64,000 bases of DNA from Eledone cirrhosa (Eukaryota): positions 41,788,001 to 41,852,000 of the forward strand of contig OZ024756.1 of NCBI GenBank assembly GCA_964016885.1, given 5' to 3'. Position 1 is the stretch's first letter. Each line of letters opens with the position of its first letter. Below are positions 52,984 through 64,000 of the stretch, piece by piece. Made by a program: the position numbers and the translations under genes. Under the pieces are notes generated by a model that saw only the letters and a program-made list of their open reading frames with translations, had not been told where the DNA came from and made no database searches.

Positions 52984-53550
52984 TGTATCCCAGTTTTTAG
53001 AATAAGAACACTGTATCCCTGTCTGTAATAAGATGTCTGTATCCCAGTTTTTTAGAATAGGTACACTGTATCCCTGTCTGTAATAAGACGTCTGTATCCC
53101 AGTTTTTAGAATAGGTACACTGTATCCCTGTCTGTAATTAGACGTCTGTATCCCAGTTTTTAGAATAGGTACACTGTATCCCTGTCTGTAATAAGACGTC
53201 TGTATCCCAGTTTTTAGAATAGGTACACTGTATCCCTGTCTGTAATAAGACGTCTGTATCCCAGTTTTTAGAATAGGTACACTGTATCCCTGTCTGTAAT
53301 TAGACGTCTGTATCCCAGTTTTTAGAATAGGTACACTGTATCCCTGTCTGTAATTAGACGTCTGTATCCTAGTTTTTAGAATAGGTACACTGTATCCCTG
53401 TCTGTAATTAGACGTCTGTATCCCAGTTTTTAGAATAGGTACACTGTATCCCTGTCTGTAATAAGACGTCTGTATCCCAGTTTTTAGAATAGGTACACTG
53501 CATCCCTGTCTAACATAAGATGTTGTATGCATCCCAGTTTCTAGAATAAT
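52984..53550. repeat. 54-bp minisatellite, ~10 copies
   Basis: Direct inspection. Confidence 0.95.
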
Positions 53551-53579
53551 TAAGTGTTTATCCAACATAATATACTAAC

Positions 53580-53688
53580 TTATGTACTTCTGTGTTATCA
53601 GCTGGAGGTTCAATGTGACTCAACTCTGTGACCTGATGTTTTGTTGGTTCAGCAAGTTGTTTGGGCTTTTCCTCTTCTATTTCCTCCT
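53580..53688 (-). CDS. CCDC66: CCDC66-like exon (EEEIEEEKPKQLAEPTK...)
   Basis: ttacag/gttagt, phase 1/2. Confidence 0.7.
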
Positions 53689-53945
53689 CTGTAAACAATG
53701 ATAGGTTGATAGACAAATACATAACAACAAGAGTTTTAGGTCATCTTCCCAGCTAAAGCAGGGGTCAGACTTTCAGGCTCCCATTTAAGGACATCTTCCC
53801 AGCTAAAGCACACGTAGGACTTTCAGGCTCCCATTTAAGGTCATCTTCCCAGTTAAAGCAGGGATTATTTTCAGGCCCCCACAACAACCTTCTCCATGTT
53901 TACCTATTCCTTTGCCCATGCTTGTTACTGTCATCACTGTTAGTG

Positions 53946-54069
<124 letters not shown>

Positions 54070-54458
54070 CTGTAACTCCCGAGGGAGTCACAAGGGAGCT
54101 GTAGTGACATACAGTGTTTCTTCATCAATTTTTAAAACCTGGCTGAGCCCATCTCCTCTCTAGGTCTGAACATAGCCAAGTTTCTTCCAGAAAAGGAGAG
54201 GGGTTGACAGACAAGAAGCGAGAAAGAGAGATATAGAGGAAGAATCGACCTCAGTATTAGACTGGTACTTTTTTTATCGACCTCAAAAGGATGAAAGGTA
54301 AGGTTGCCCACAACAGGATTTGAACTCAGAGAGCAGACAGCTAGAGGGAACTGCTCAAAGCATTCTATCTGATATTCTAACTTCTGCCAATTCACCGCCG
54401 TGTGATATAAATAGATACTGTATCAAGAAATAGCTCCAAGAAATCTTTTTCTATGCAC

Positions 54459-54525
54459 CTAATTCTTCCAGACATTTCAGTTGATCTCCATTTTGGATGT
54501 CTTCACAGTTTGGAATATCTGTTGG
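54459..54525 (-). CDS. CCDC66: CCDC66-like small exon (PTDIPNCEDIQNGDQLKCLEEL)
   Basis: Phase 0/1 consistent with neighbours. Confidence 0.65.
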
Positions 54526-54964
54526 CTGTATTAAAAGAAAAGAAAATCAATAAATATTTCAATAGAAATCTCTGGAATTGGGTCATTAAGGGTTTTTCTT
54601 TTTTTGCAGGGGATCTTTTACTCAATCTGCTAATTATATCATAATAAATGTACAACTCTTTTGTCCGTCTGTCACACACACAAATGCTACAATCTGTCAA
54701 AGACGTTCTAAAATGTTATACTTAGAATTCACGGATCTCTACTTTATTATCTCTAACCTTTGTAGATTCTTAAGCTTACAATAAACTATAAACATGACAT
54801 AAGTTGTCTACCTTCTCCTCTCAACTTAAAGAAAAAGGGGTTTCTTCCCCTTTTCACTCCTTCTCCAATCCTATATACATAAAGTGTGGTGGACAGACAG
54901 ACTGAGAAACAGTTCTTCCTTAATAACAATGATGATGATGATGATTACAACAAATATTATTTAC

Positions 54965-55071
54965 CTGGACTGTAGTATTTTTGTAGGATGTAATTATTTG
55001 ACCTTTTGGATTAATTTTCGGAGCTCCGGCACCAGGTCTTCCCCAGGGGTCATATGGAGTTATCTGCTCAG
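54965..55071 (-). CDS. CCDC66: CCDC66-like exon with YDPWGRPGAGAP motif
   Basis: tttttcag/gtaaat, phase 1/0; PWG-x-x-G-x-GAP motif typical of CSPP1/CCDC66-family proteins. Confidence 0.8.
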
Positions 55072-55244
55072 CTGAAAAATAGATTTTTTTTTAAAAATCA
55101 ACCATAATAGTACATCATGTATGTTTGCATATATATACACACGCACACATATATATATACATACACACACACAAACGCGCACACACACACACACACATAT
55201 ATATATTATAAAGGGTCGGGACCCATATACACATATATATACAT

Positions 55245-55300
<56 letters not shown>

Positions 55301-55340
55301 TAAAGAGCCACATGCAGGAAAAAATAAGAGAGTAAAGAAC

Positions 55341-55612
55341 CTTTTTCTTTTAACCATTGTTGCTTCTTCCTTTCTGCAAGTGTTAAAGGAACGGCATTCT
55401 CTGTACATTTTGTAGACTGTGGGTCTTGACCTGGTATTTTTTGATGAGGCTCATTTTTAGCAAAGTTCTTAGGGATGTGTTTAGCTTGCTCGGGTTCATG
55501 TTTAGAAGAGTTCTTAGGGATGTGTTCAGCTTGCTCGGGTTCCTGTTTAGAAGAGTTCTTAGGGATGTGTTCAGCTTGCTCCCCCTGGTGTTTGGATATA
55601 TCTGCGTTGTGG
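55341..55612 (-). CDS. CCDC66: CCDC66-like exon with 15-aa tandem repeat and LTLAERKKQQWLKEK
   Basis: Open frame, phase 2/1, tag/gttctt boundaries. Confidence 0.75.
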
Positions 55613-55962
55613 CTACAAAACAAAAATTTCTCAAGAATTACACTGTTATTGAAGTGAAATTACTAAATCATCATCACCATTTAATATATATATATACTAA
55701 TAAGACTGTGTTTTTGCATCTGTGTTTGTCTTGTCATTTCTTGAACTACACTTACAAAAACACACTTTTTTGAGATTACTAAGCAGGTTACAATAAAGGC
55801 TACCTCGCCGCCTTCTCTCCCTCCCTCCACTCCTTCTCCTCTTTCTCCCCCCCCCTCTCCTCCTTCTCTCTCTCTCTATTCCTTCTCCCAAGATACTTTA
55901 ATGAAAGTTACTGAAATAGAATGAGTTCTTCTATAGTTTCTTTATTGTAAATAAATCAATAC

Positions 55963-56020
55963 CTTTCTCTCAGGTGATCAGCCCTATTTGACTTCCTGGG
56001 CATTCCATTGTTTATATTAT
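55963..56020 (-). CDS. CCDC66: CCDC66-like small exon (NNINNGMPRKSNRADHLRE)
   Basis: tttcag/gtattg, phase 1/2 bridges its neighbours. Confidence 0.65.
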
Positions 56021-56565
56021 CTGAAAACAGAAATTTATATTAAATTTAATTTAACAGCAACCAGGCGACCAATTACCAGTCATTAGAACATCAGATAGAA
56101 TATCCTGGCTTTCTACACTCTGTGGCTCGATTAAATATGAGAGCAATTAAAAATGTCGTTAGTATGTGGGACATAATGCTTTGTAGCATTAGTTCTGACT
56201 CTCTGTTCTCTGAGTTCAATTCCCACCCGAGGTCAATATTGCTTCTTATTCTTTTGGGGTCGATAAAAAAAATGTACCAATCCACTGGGGACAATTCTTC
56301 CTCTCTCTCTCTCTCTCTCTGCTTCTATGGAAGAACACTGCTGTGTTCAGACCTGGAAATAGAAGAGATGGGCACTCCACCAGGTTTTTAAAATCCCAAG
56401 CTCTAGCCCCCAGACATGCCATATATCACATGTCACAACATCATCTCAACATCTTCTCCATCAGGAGTGACAGGTCCTCTTTATATTACAAACACCCAAA
56501 CATTCATCACTCACAAAAACCATTCTTTAGCAGTAAAAAAAAATTGGTGAAAATTCAAAACTTAC

Positions 56566-56717
56566 TTTGTAAATCTTGTGATTGGTTTTCTTTGGTTATC
56601 TTACCAACTGACTTTAATATTTCTTTCAGTTGAGACTGACTTAAAATAATTGATTCAGCAAATGGATGATCTTTTTTCATGTCTCCGTGATGGACTTTCC
56701 CTGGAGGATTTCTCTTC
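56566..56717 (-). CDS. CCDC66: CCDC66-like exon (…AESIILSQSQLKEILKSVGK…)
   Basis: Phase 2/1; LSQSQLKEIL resembles the N-terminal LTQDQLQQIL motif of vertebrate CCDC66 (from memory). Confidence 0.75.
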
Positions 56718-56749
56718 CTGTTAAATTAAATTATTATTATTATTATTAT

Positions 56750-56970
56750 AGGCAGTTGATTGGCAGAATCAGTAGAGTGTCAGACAACATGCTTGGATGC
56801 ATAGAGTTACGGCCCTTTGCGTTCTGAGTTCAAATGCTGCCGAGGTTAGCTTTGCCTTTCATCCTGATGGGGTCAATAAAATAAAATACCAGTAACGCAC
56901 TGGAGTCGATTTAATCGACTTTCCCCTTCTTCCAAATTGCTGACCTTCTGTCTAAATCAGAAACCATTAT
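56750..56970 (+). mobile_element. SINE family 1, longer-tail subfamily
   Basis: Same head and central domain, extra gtcgatttaatcgacttt segment, (ATT)n flanks. Confidence 0.8.
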
Positions 56971-57366
56971 CGTTATTACTTTGAATTTTTGTTATTTAAC
57001 TGAAAAATTTGCTCTAATGAACATCAAGTCGCTACCAGCAGCCCGAGACATTGATGGTGTGCTGAGGAAGGTTAGTGGAACCCCATCAGTACAAAATCAA
57101 GAGTTGTTGAAAGGGCAGATGAACTCCTCAGAGTCAACAGCCATCCACCCCAACTGTGGGTTAAATAACCTCACCAACCCACAATTGGCCAAGTGTGGTA
57201 AGTACGGCTAAACCCCTAAAGACCTAACCAAAACTAAACAGAAACCAGTGGAGGTCAACCAGGAAAGGGATTCCTCCAACAGGAATGAGAAGCCCCCCCC
57301 CCCCCCCCCCCCCGCTGGATAGGATTACATTTGATATAATGTCTATAGATTAAAGGTGTCACCTAC

Positions 57367-57494
57367 TTCTGAATATGTCTTTGGACAACAGTTTGTTTGG
57401 CAAGTCTCTTTTTATCATCTTTAAAAGGTTGATTAGATACAGCAGTCATTGCAGAATATGAGTTTTGTCTAGGGTTTAGAGGCATAGAGTTAAC
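57367..57494 (-). CDS. CCDC66: CCDC66-like, 5'-most coding exon identified (possible start ATG at 57485: MPLNPRQNSY...)
   Basis: ttgcag acceptor, gtaggt donor, phase 2 matches next exon; true start uncertain. Confidence 0.6.
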
Positions 57495-57739
57495 CTGCAA
57501 TAGAAAACAGTTGAAGAATTAGTTACAAGATTTAGTAGAATTCCTTAAGTTTTAATAGAAGTTGTTGATATTGTTATAAGTTGTAAATTGTGCTTTTTAT
57601 AATTTTAATTTTGATAGTTTTTTTCTGGCTGGGTGCTGTTCCTATCCCCAACCACAACACTTTACAGCATGGACTGGGTGCATTCCATCATATATATATA
57701 TATAGGCATATATATATATAGGCATATATATATATATAT

Positions 57740-57779
<40 letters not shown>

Positions 57780-57784
<5 letters not shown>

Positions 57785-57972
57785 AAAAAGTGTCACCCTG
57801 ACGGCAGAGCTCAAACCGTTTCGACGGCTATTTCTGGTTTTAGTCCTGAAATAGCCGTCGAAACGGCTTGAGCTCTGCCGTCGGAGTCATACTTTTTCCT
57901 ATTTCCCACTCTACTACCCTAAGTATTGAGTACTCTGGTACGTTATGGTCCCTCTGGTTCCTTACCACAATT

Positions 57973-57980
<8 letters not shown>
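57780..57980. mobile_element. Penelope-like fold-back mini-element, homologue of 25525-25725 in opposite orientation
   Basis: Same hairpin and unique tail (ctaagtattgagtac…ggttccttaccac), flanked by (TA)n. Confidence 0.6.
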
Positions 57981-58006
<26 letters not shown>

Positions 58007-58725
58007 CGTCATCATCATCCTCATCATCGTTTAATGTCCATTTTCCACGCTAGCATGGGTCTGGACGGGGATTGTCCCACTTGAGGCAAGATTGGTTGTC
58101 TTGCTCAGGACTGTCTGGCGGGTTTTCTACGGCTGGATGCCCTTCCTAACACAAACCACGTTTACAGTGTGGACTGGGAGGTTTTTACCGTGTTACCTAC
58201 ATGGCCACATTACAGCGTGGACTGTGTGTTTTATTGTCGTGACACCTACACGTCTGGCGGGTTTTCTACGGCTGGGTGCCCTTCCCAACACCAACCACGT
58301 TTACAGTGTGTACTGGGAGGTTTATACATATATGTATGTATATGTGTGTGCATGTGTATCTATGGCTGTCTCTATAATTGCGTTTGTATGTGTATTTATG
58401 TCCTGTAACTTAGCAGTTCAACAAGAAGAGATTGATAAAATATATGTAACAGACTTGTACAAAGAAAAAATAAAGTACTGGAGTTGATATGATCAATTAA
58501 ATCTCATTGAGGGGGTGCCCCAGCATGGCTGCAGTCTAACGACTGAAACCAGTAAAAGAATAAAAGAGTAATATGTAGAAATCTTTAAACTCACTTCTTT
58601 CAAACACAACCCAGGTTAAATGTGTGGACGAGTCGACTGGAATACTGGTGAAAATATGTGGTTATTACAATATATTTTGGCAGTTTGATAGAGGCATCTT
58701 TCTTGAAATAGGTGCAGTAACTATT

Positions 58726-59116
58726 AAACATCTCACATCACAGTCTTGGTTAACAAAGCTATTTAGCATCTCACATCACAGTCTTGGTTAACGAAGCTAT
58801 TTAACATCACATCACAGTCTTGGTTAACGAAGCTATTTAGCATCTCACATCACAGTCTTGGTTAACGAAGCTATTTAACATCACATCACAGTCTTGGTTA
58901 ACGAAGCTATTTAGCATCTCACATAACAGTCTTGGTTAACGAAGCTATTTAACATTACATCACAGTCTTGGTTAACGAAGCTATTTAACATCACATCACA
59001 GTCTTGGTTAACGAAGCTATTTAACATCACATCACAGTCTTGGTTAACGAAGCTATTTAGCATCTCACATCACAGTCTTGGTTAACGAAGCTATTTAACA
59101 TCTCACATCACAGTCA
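58726..59116. repeat. 36-38-bp minisatellite (catcacagtcttggttaacgaagctattt…), ~10 copies
   Basis: Direct inspection. Confidence 0.95.
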
Positions 59117-59252
59117 ATTCCCTGAAAAATATAACAGAAATTGTTATGAAACTTCTTTTACAGCAATCAATAGGTCCCACAGCTTGAACAAATTTCCTTG
59201 ACTCTCTGTCACCATCCAATTGTATTGTTGTTCATTATATTTGGCAGGTGAG

Positions 59253-59439
59253 GGCGGTGGATTGGCAGTATCGGTAGAGAGTTGGACGCCATGCTATGCA
59301 GTATAGTGTTACGGCCCTTTATGGTCTGAGTTTAAATCCCGCCGAGGTTAACTTTGCCTTTCATCCTTACAAGGTCGATAAAATAAAGTACCAGTAATGC
59401 ACTGGGGTAATTGCTGGCCTTGTGCCAAAAGTAGAAACA
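59253..59439 (+). mobile_element. SINE family 1 with 19-bp TSD attatatttggcaggtgag
   Basis: TSD at 59234-59252 and 59440-59458. Confidence 0.9.
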
Positions 59440-59806
59440 ATTATATTTGGCAGGTGAGAGGGATTCCAGTTTATGTCATCACAAATCTGCTAGATAATGT
59501 AGTTTGTCAGACACTCTACTGATTCAAGAAGAAGAAGAAGAAGAAGGAGGAAGGGGAGGGGGAGTTTTATCTGGAAAGGGAGGAAGGCAAAATTAACCTG
59601 GTGGGGATCTTGAACTCAGAACATAGAGAACTGAAACGATTCTGTTAAATCACCGACCTAATTGTTAAAAGAGAGTAAGTATAAAAAGAGGAATGTGTTG
59701 GTTGAACAACGAAACGTGTTATAAAGAACATCATCGCTTATTAGAAATTATAACAACTTGTTTATTTCAGCTATGACTAATCTTTTGAAAGTATCCTAGC
59801 ATATGT

Positions 59807-59888
59807 GGTAGCGTGGCCGAGTGGTCTAAGGCGCTGGTTTTAGGCACCAGTCTCTTCGGAGGCGTGGGTTCGAATCCCATCGCTGCCA
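59807..59888 (+). tRNA. tRNA-Leu(TAG)
   Basis: 82-nt cloverleaf GGTAGCGTGGCCGAG...GGTTCGAATCCC...CGCTGCCA, anticodon loop TT-TAG-GC, long variable arm, downstream poly-T. Confidence 0.97.
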
Positions 59889-60314
59889 TAGTTTTTTTTT
59901 TTTTTTATATTTATATATTATTTATATCAACGGCAAATCGTTCTTGCTATGAACCAGGGGAAATTTATAGAACATAAACTTCGATTTCTGTAGTAAATAA
60001 TTATATTTCCTCGGTTCTTTCGTGTGCTCTCAATTAAACTTACTTCTTAATCTGGTCTTAAGGACTTTTTTCTCGGAAAAGGGAGGAACCCACGGATTTT
60101 CACCCCCACCCCTCCTAAGGAGTTAGGATTGGAGTTTAGAGTTAGGGGGTAAAAAAAAACTCCTTGAGGCGTGGCAGATCCGAGGGTCACCCCACCCCTC
60201 CCCGCGTTCAAGTCTTTACGAAGGCGTGGGTTCACAAAATTATCGTTTAATTGAAATATGACAACTTGTTTATTTCAGCTATGACTAATCTTTTGAAAGT
60301 ACCCTCTCACATGT

Positions 60315-60396
60315 GGTAGCGTGGCCGAGTGGTCTAAGGCGCTGGTTTTAGGCACCAGTCTCTTCGGAGGCGTGGGTTCGAATCCCATCGCTGCCA
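60315..60396 (+). tRNA. tRNA-Leu(TAG), identical second copy
   Basis: Same 82-nt sequence, followed by a T-run terminator. Confidence 0.97.
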
Positions 60397-60740
60397 CACT
60401 TTTTTTATTTATTTATTATATTAACAATTCCTCTCTCGTTATAAAGCAGTAACTAGAATCAATTATACTAGATCCCTGTTTATTGCAGCACCTAACATTC
60501 TGAGGTCAACCTTCAGCGTCAATAAATGGACAAATTATCGATCTAGGGAAGTGGAATAGTTAGACTTTTGGATAGTAAACATTATAGTTGAGGGTTAGGT
60601 TTAAAAGTTCTTATATATGTACATATATATATGTATATATATATACATATGTATATACATATATATATAATAGTCAGTTTATGAACTTTTCAACCTAACC
60701 CTCGACTATATATATATAGTCGAGGGTTAGGTTGAAAAGT

Positions 60741-61119
60741 TCAATATATATATATATATCAATATATATATATATATATATATATATATCAATATATATA
60801 TATATATATATATATCAATATATATATATATATATATATATCAATATATATATATATATATATATATCAATATATATATATATATATATATATCAATATA
60901 TATATATATATATATATATCAATATATATATATATATATATCAATATATATATATATATATCAATATATATATATATATATCAATATATATATATATATA
61001 TATATATCAATATATATATATATATATATCAATATATATATATATATATCAATATATATATATATATATATATATATCAATATATATATATATATATATC
61101 AATATATATATATATATAT

Positions 61120-61152
<33 letters not shown>
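60741..61152. repeat. TCA-(TA)n tandem array extending from a palindrome end
   Basis: Direct inspection. Confidence 0.9.
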
Positions 61153-61155
<3 letters not shown>

Positions 61156-61236
61156 ATTTTAGGCCACAATTGAGACTTATTGTAGTCGGACTAGCTTATA
61201 TATGTATTACACAAAAAGTAAAAGGTACATTATATA

Positions 61237-61338
61237 TAGGGTGTCCCAACAGAATGTATACACAAAGGCTGTGCATTCTAATAAATATTACCTGTACAGG
61301 TAATCAAAGTGTGTATACATTTTGTGGAACATCCTGTA
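61237..61338. mobile_element. Tc1/mariner-type mini-MITE
   Basis: TAGGGTGTCCCAACAGAATGTATACAC … GTGTATACATTTTGTGGAACATCCTGTA imperfect TIRs in a TA context. Confidence 0.55.
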
Positions 61339-61352
61339 TATACAGTTATACC

Positions 61353-61402
<50 letters not shown>

Positions 61403-61871
61403 TATACAGATATACATTGTAGAGTGAAAGAGGTGTATACAAAAAGCCATACCCAACACATCAGTTTGTCAGAATCTGTTTACGCCGGGTAAAACCTTTC
61501 AGCTTATATTAACTCCTCCTCCTCCTACTCCTCCTGTTTGTTATCATCGTTGCGAAGGTTACACCCGGTTACGTATGAATACTTGTCCCTATGTGAATTT
61601 ATACCTTACTCTAATAATTATAGGTGCCACTATAATCATCAGCTATAATTATTACTATAATTACAATAACATTTATAAAATCATTTCGGCGTCTTATAAT
61701 CTATATTTATATGAATGCCTTAGAAGCGGAGAGTGGACGCGGCATGGCCGAATGGTTAAGAACTTCGCTCAGAAATCATTAGGTTTCGTGTTAACAACCA
61801 ATCCTTACCTTAAAATCTACCGTCTTAAAAATAAACTGGTTAGTTACGACTAGAATCCTTTTAATGGGGAC

Positions 61872-62062
61872 CGGGCGGTGGATTGGCAGTATCGGTAGAG
61901 AGTCGGACACCATGCTTTGAAGCATAGAGTTACGTCCCTTTATGATTTGAGTTCAAATCCTGCCGATGTTAACTTTGCCTTTCATCCTTATTGGGTCGAT
62001 AAAATAAAGTACCAGTAATGTACTGAGTAATTGCTGACCTTGTGCCTAAAATAGAAACAATT
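61872..62062 (+). mobile_element. SINE family 1 (further partial or diverged copies at ~1300, 4727, 5990, 23275, 24935, 27720, 29010, 39357, 42050, 54245, 62555)
   Basis: Shared head, central domain and tail. Confidence 0.85.
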
Positions 62063-62315
62063 AATTGTATTACTGTATGGGCTCATAACTTCTGGTAGAG
62101 TCGTAGGACACCGAATTCGGTAGTTTTTAAATCCGGCGGAGCTATTCCCTTCTCCAGGTCTAAACACAGCCGATTTCTCCTAGGGAAAGAAAGAGTACTG
62201 GACTTTTTTATCGACCCGGAACGGATTAAAATAAAGTTGACCTTGGCAGTATTTAAACTGAGAGCTTAGAGAGCCGTAAAGAATACTGCAAAGCATTCTA
62301 TCTGACGTTCTAACG

Positions 62316-62480
62316 CAAGCATGGGCAACCTTTTTCAAGCAATGGACCGCAGAGCTTGTGGCTCATCATAAGGCGGACTGCACTACCAAAATATTCAAGG
62401 CAATTTTGAAATTAGGCGTCCCACTTCAGAAAGCCAAACGGGCCGCATGCGGCTCGCGGGCTGCAGTTTGCCCATGACTA
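62316..62480. mobile_element. hAT (Charlie-like) MITE nested in a SINE
   Basis: TIRs CAAGCATGGGCAA / TTGCCCATGACTA, subterminal GGGCCGCATGCGGC, 8-bp TSD ttctaacg/ttctaatg. Confidence 0.75.
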
Positions 62481-62879
62481 TTCTAATGTCTCTGTCAATT
62501 CGCTGCCTTCCATATATAAATACATATAACGAGGCATTCGAATAATGTTTTCTAATTTAGGCGTAGGGCCAGCAAATTTGTAGGGATGGGAAAGTTGACG
62601 AAATTGACCTCATTAGTTAACTGGTAATTTAATTTATTGACCTCGGGAAGATGAAAAGAAAAGATGACATCGGCGATATTTGTACTCAGAGTGAAAAGAA
62701 TCCGTAAATGTAAATACTGAGAAGCGTTTTGTCCTATGCTCCAACTATTCTGTCGATCTACCATCTTTACTAATAACCAAATACGTAACTGTGTCTTAAA
62801 CAATCAAGATAAATAGTTATACAATTTAATAGTTATACAATTTCTGCTACTCCGCAGTTTCGTAGTCCTCAGCTTGTCA

Positions 62880-62937
62880 ATGGCGGTGTTGTTAATTCGT
62901 TCTCTCCGAACTGGATTTTCTTTAAGAATTATTTTAG
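62880..62937 (+). CDS. Candidate first exon of a divergent gene (MAVLLIRSLRTGFSLRIIL), mitochondrial-presequence-like
   Basis: ATGGCG start, Arg/Leu/Ser-rich with no acidic residues, followed by G|gtaggt donor; no downstream exon found in the window. Confidence 0.3.
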
Positions 62938-64000
62938 GTAGGTTAAATATCTTTTAATTAATAATTAATTAACTAATCATCCTTGCTTTTAGAAAAAATA
63001 CTTATAAAAATATTTTCGCATTTAATATCTGTAGAAGCCGTAAAAACTCTCAGTATTGCTTCAAGGTCTTGTGTGTTTCTTGTGGTTGTCAGAAATATTT
63101 CACTAACATTTACCGGCTATCTCACATATCTAGATATTTAGTAATCGAATCATTGCTGTTTTATTTCTTAAGTTATTTTTTCTAACTGCTGTACTTATGA
63201 CGTGACGAAAATAACCTAACTGTAACCGTACTAAATTGCTGTAGTTATATAATTAAAGAGCATTTTTAATCTTCAAGGTTTCCCTGTTTACACACATGCA
63301 TACATGTATTATATATATATGTGTATGTAAAAGGTAAACAGAAATAACAACACAATCAGTACAGTATATGGAAGGGATATATTAGGTTAACGCTTGATAT
63401 AGCCGGAAGAGGGTCTGTTTTCATTTACAGAATACTTTCAATTTGTGTCTCGAAGCTATACAGTACTAATATAAGGTGGGGGAAAAGGGGGTGTAAGATC
63501 CACACGCCACAAGGGCGCTGGAGTTTCCCCTTTAATAATATTTTAGACAAGACAGACTCACAACATTGCTGCAGGTGATAGCGAGGCTGCGACACTGGAA
63601 TAACTAAGCACCACTCGCGGACATCACCTGTTACCTTGGTAAGATGAGTCACCAACAAGGACAACTTAATAGCTAGCGACCCGGCTCTCCCCAAACGACT
63701 CTAACGCCACAAGCTGGACAAAATTATATATATATATATATATATATTAAAATAACAGATTAAAGTTTAAGCAAAGAATCGCTGCTTTCACCCTTAACGG
63801 GATCTTCTAGGGTTCTTATATATTTATCCTTATCGAACCCTCTTTTGATTTTACTCTTCACATTTATTATTATTACTATATATATAAATATAAAATAACT
63901 CTACGTATAATGTACGTGTATGCTGAACACTTATTTTTACCTGGATTTAAGATTATTTTTATTTACTTTTAAAATATATTATTTTAAAAAATCAACAATT

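Noticed and set aside
52963-53568. 201-aa ORF with 18-aa repeats on the CCDC66 strand
   Set aside because: 54-bp intronic minisatellite; the flanking exons already join in phase without it
58595-58680. Upstream coding exon of the CCDC66-like gene (good gtgagt donor at 58594)
   Set aside because: In-frame TAA in the phase required by the next exon; at most a 5'UTR exon

Overview
Eukaryotic, very AT-rich and repeat-saturated animal DNA. The tRNA-headed SINEs, very long (TA)n/(TACA)n tracts and gene content suggest an octopus or other coleoid cephalopod (inference). Almost all long ORFs in the supplied track are translations of micro- or minisatellites and are not genes. Following GT-AG boundaries by hand gives two phase-consistent minus-strand genes. 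(1) At 33148 to <=5854, a secreted protein with signal peptide, 6-Cys TB-like domain, six thrombospondin type-1 repeats and a Thr-rich tail, i.e. a properdin (CFP)-like architecture; the 3' end is unresolved. (2) At ~57494 to 41564, a 14-exon CCDC66-like centriolar/ciliary coiled-coil gene. Two identical tRNA-Leu(TAG) genes lie at 59807 and 60315. The remainder is SINEs with TSDs, RTE/CR1/CRE LINE remnants, piggyBac/hAT/Tc1 MITEs and many minisatellites, several amplified from parts of these TEs. The main points of interest are the properdin-like gene in a probable mollusc; small fold-back elements in (TA)n tracts carrying hammerhead-ribozyme-like cores (Penelope/retrozyme-like); a 13x tandem array of Pol III A-box SINE heads; and intronic fold-backs that flip strand at (TA)n.
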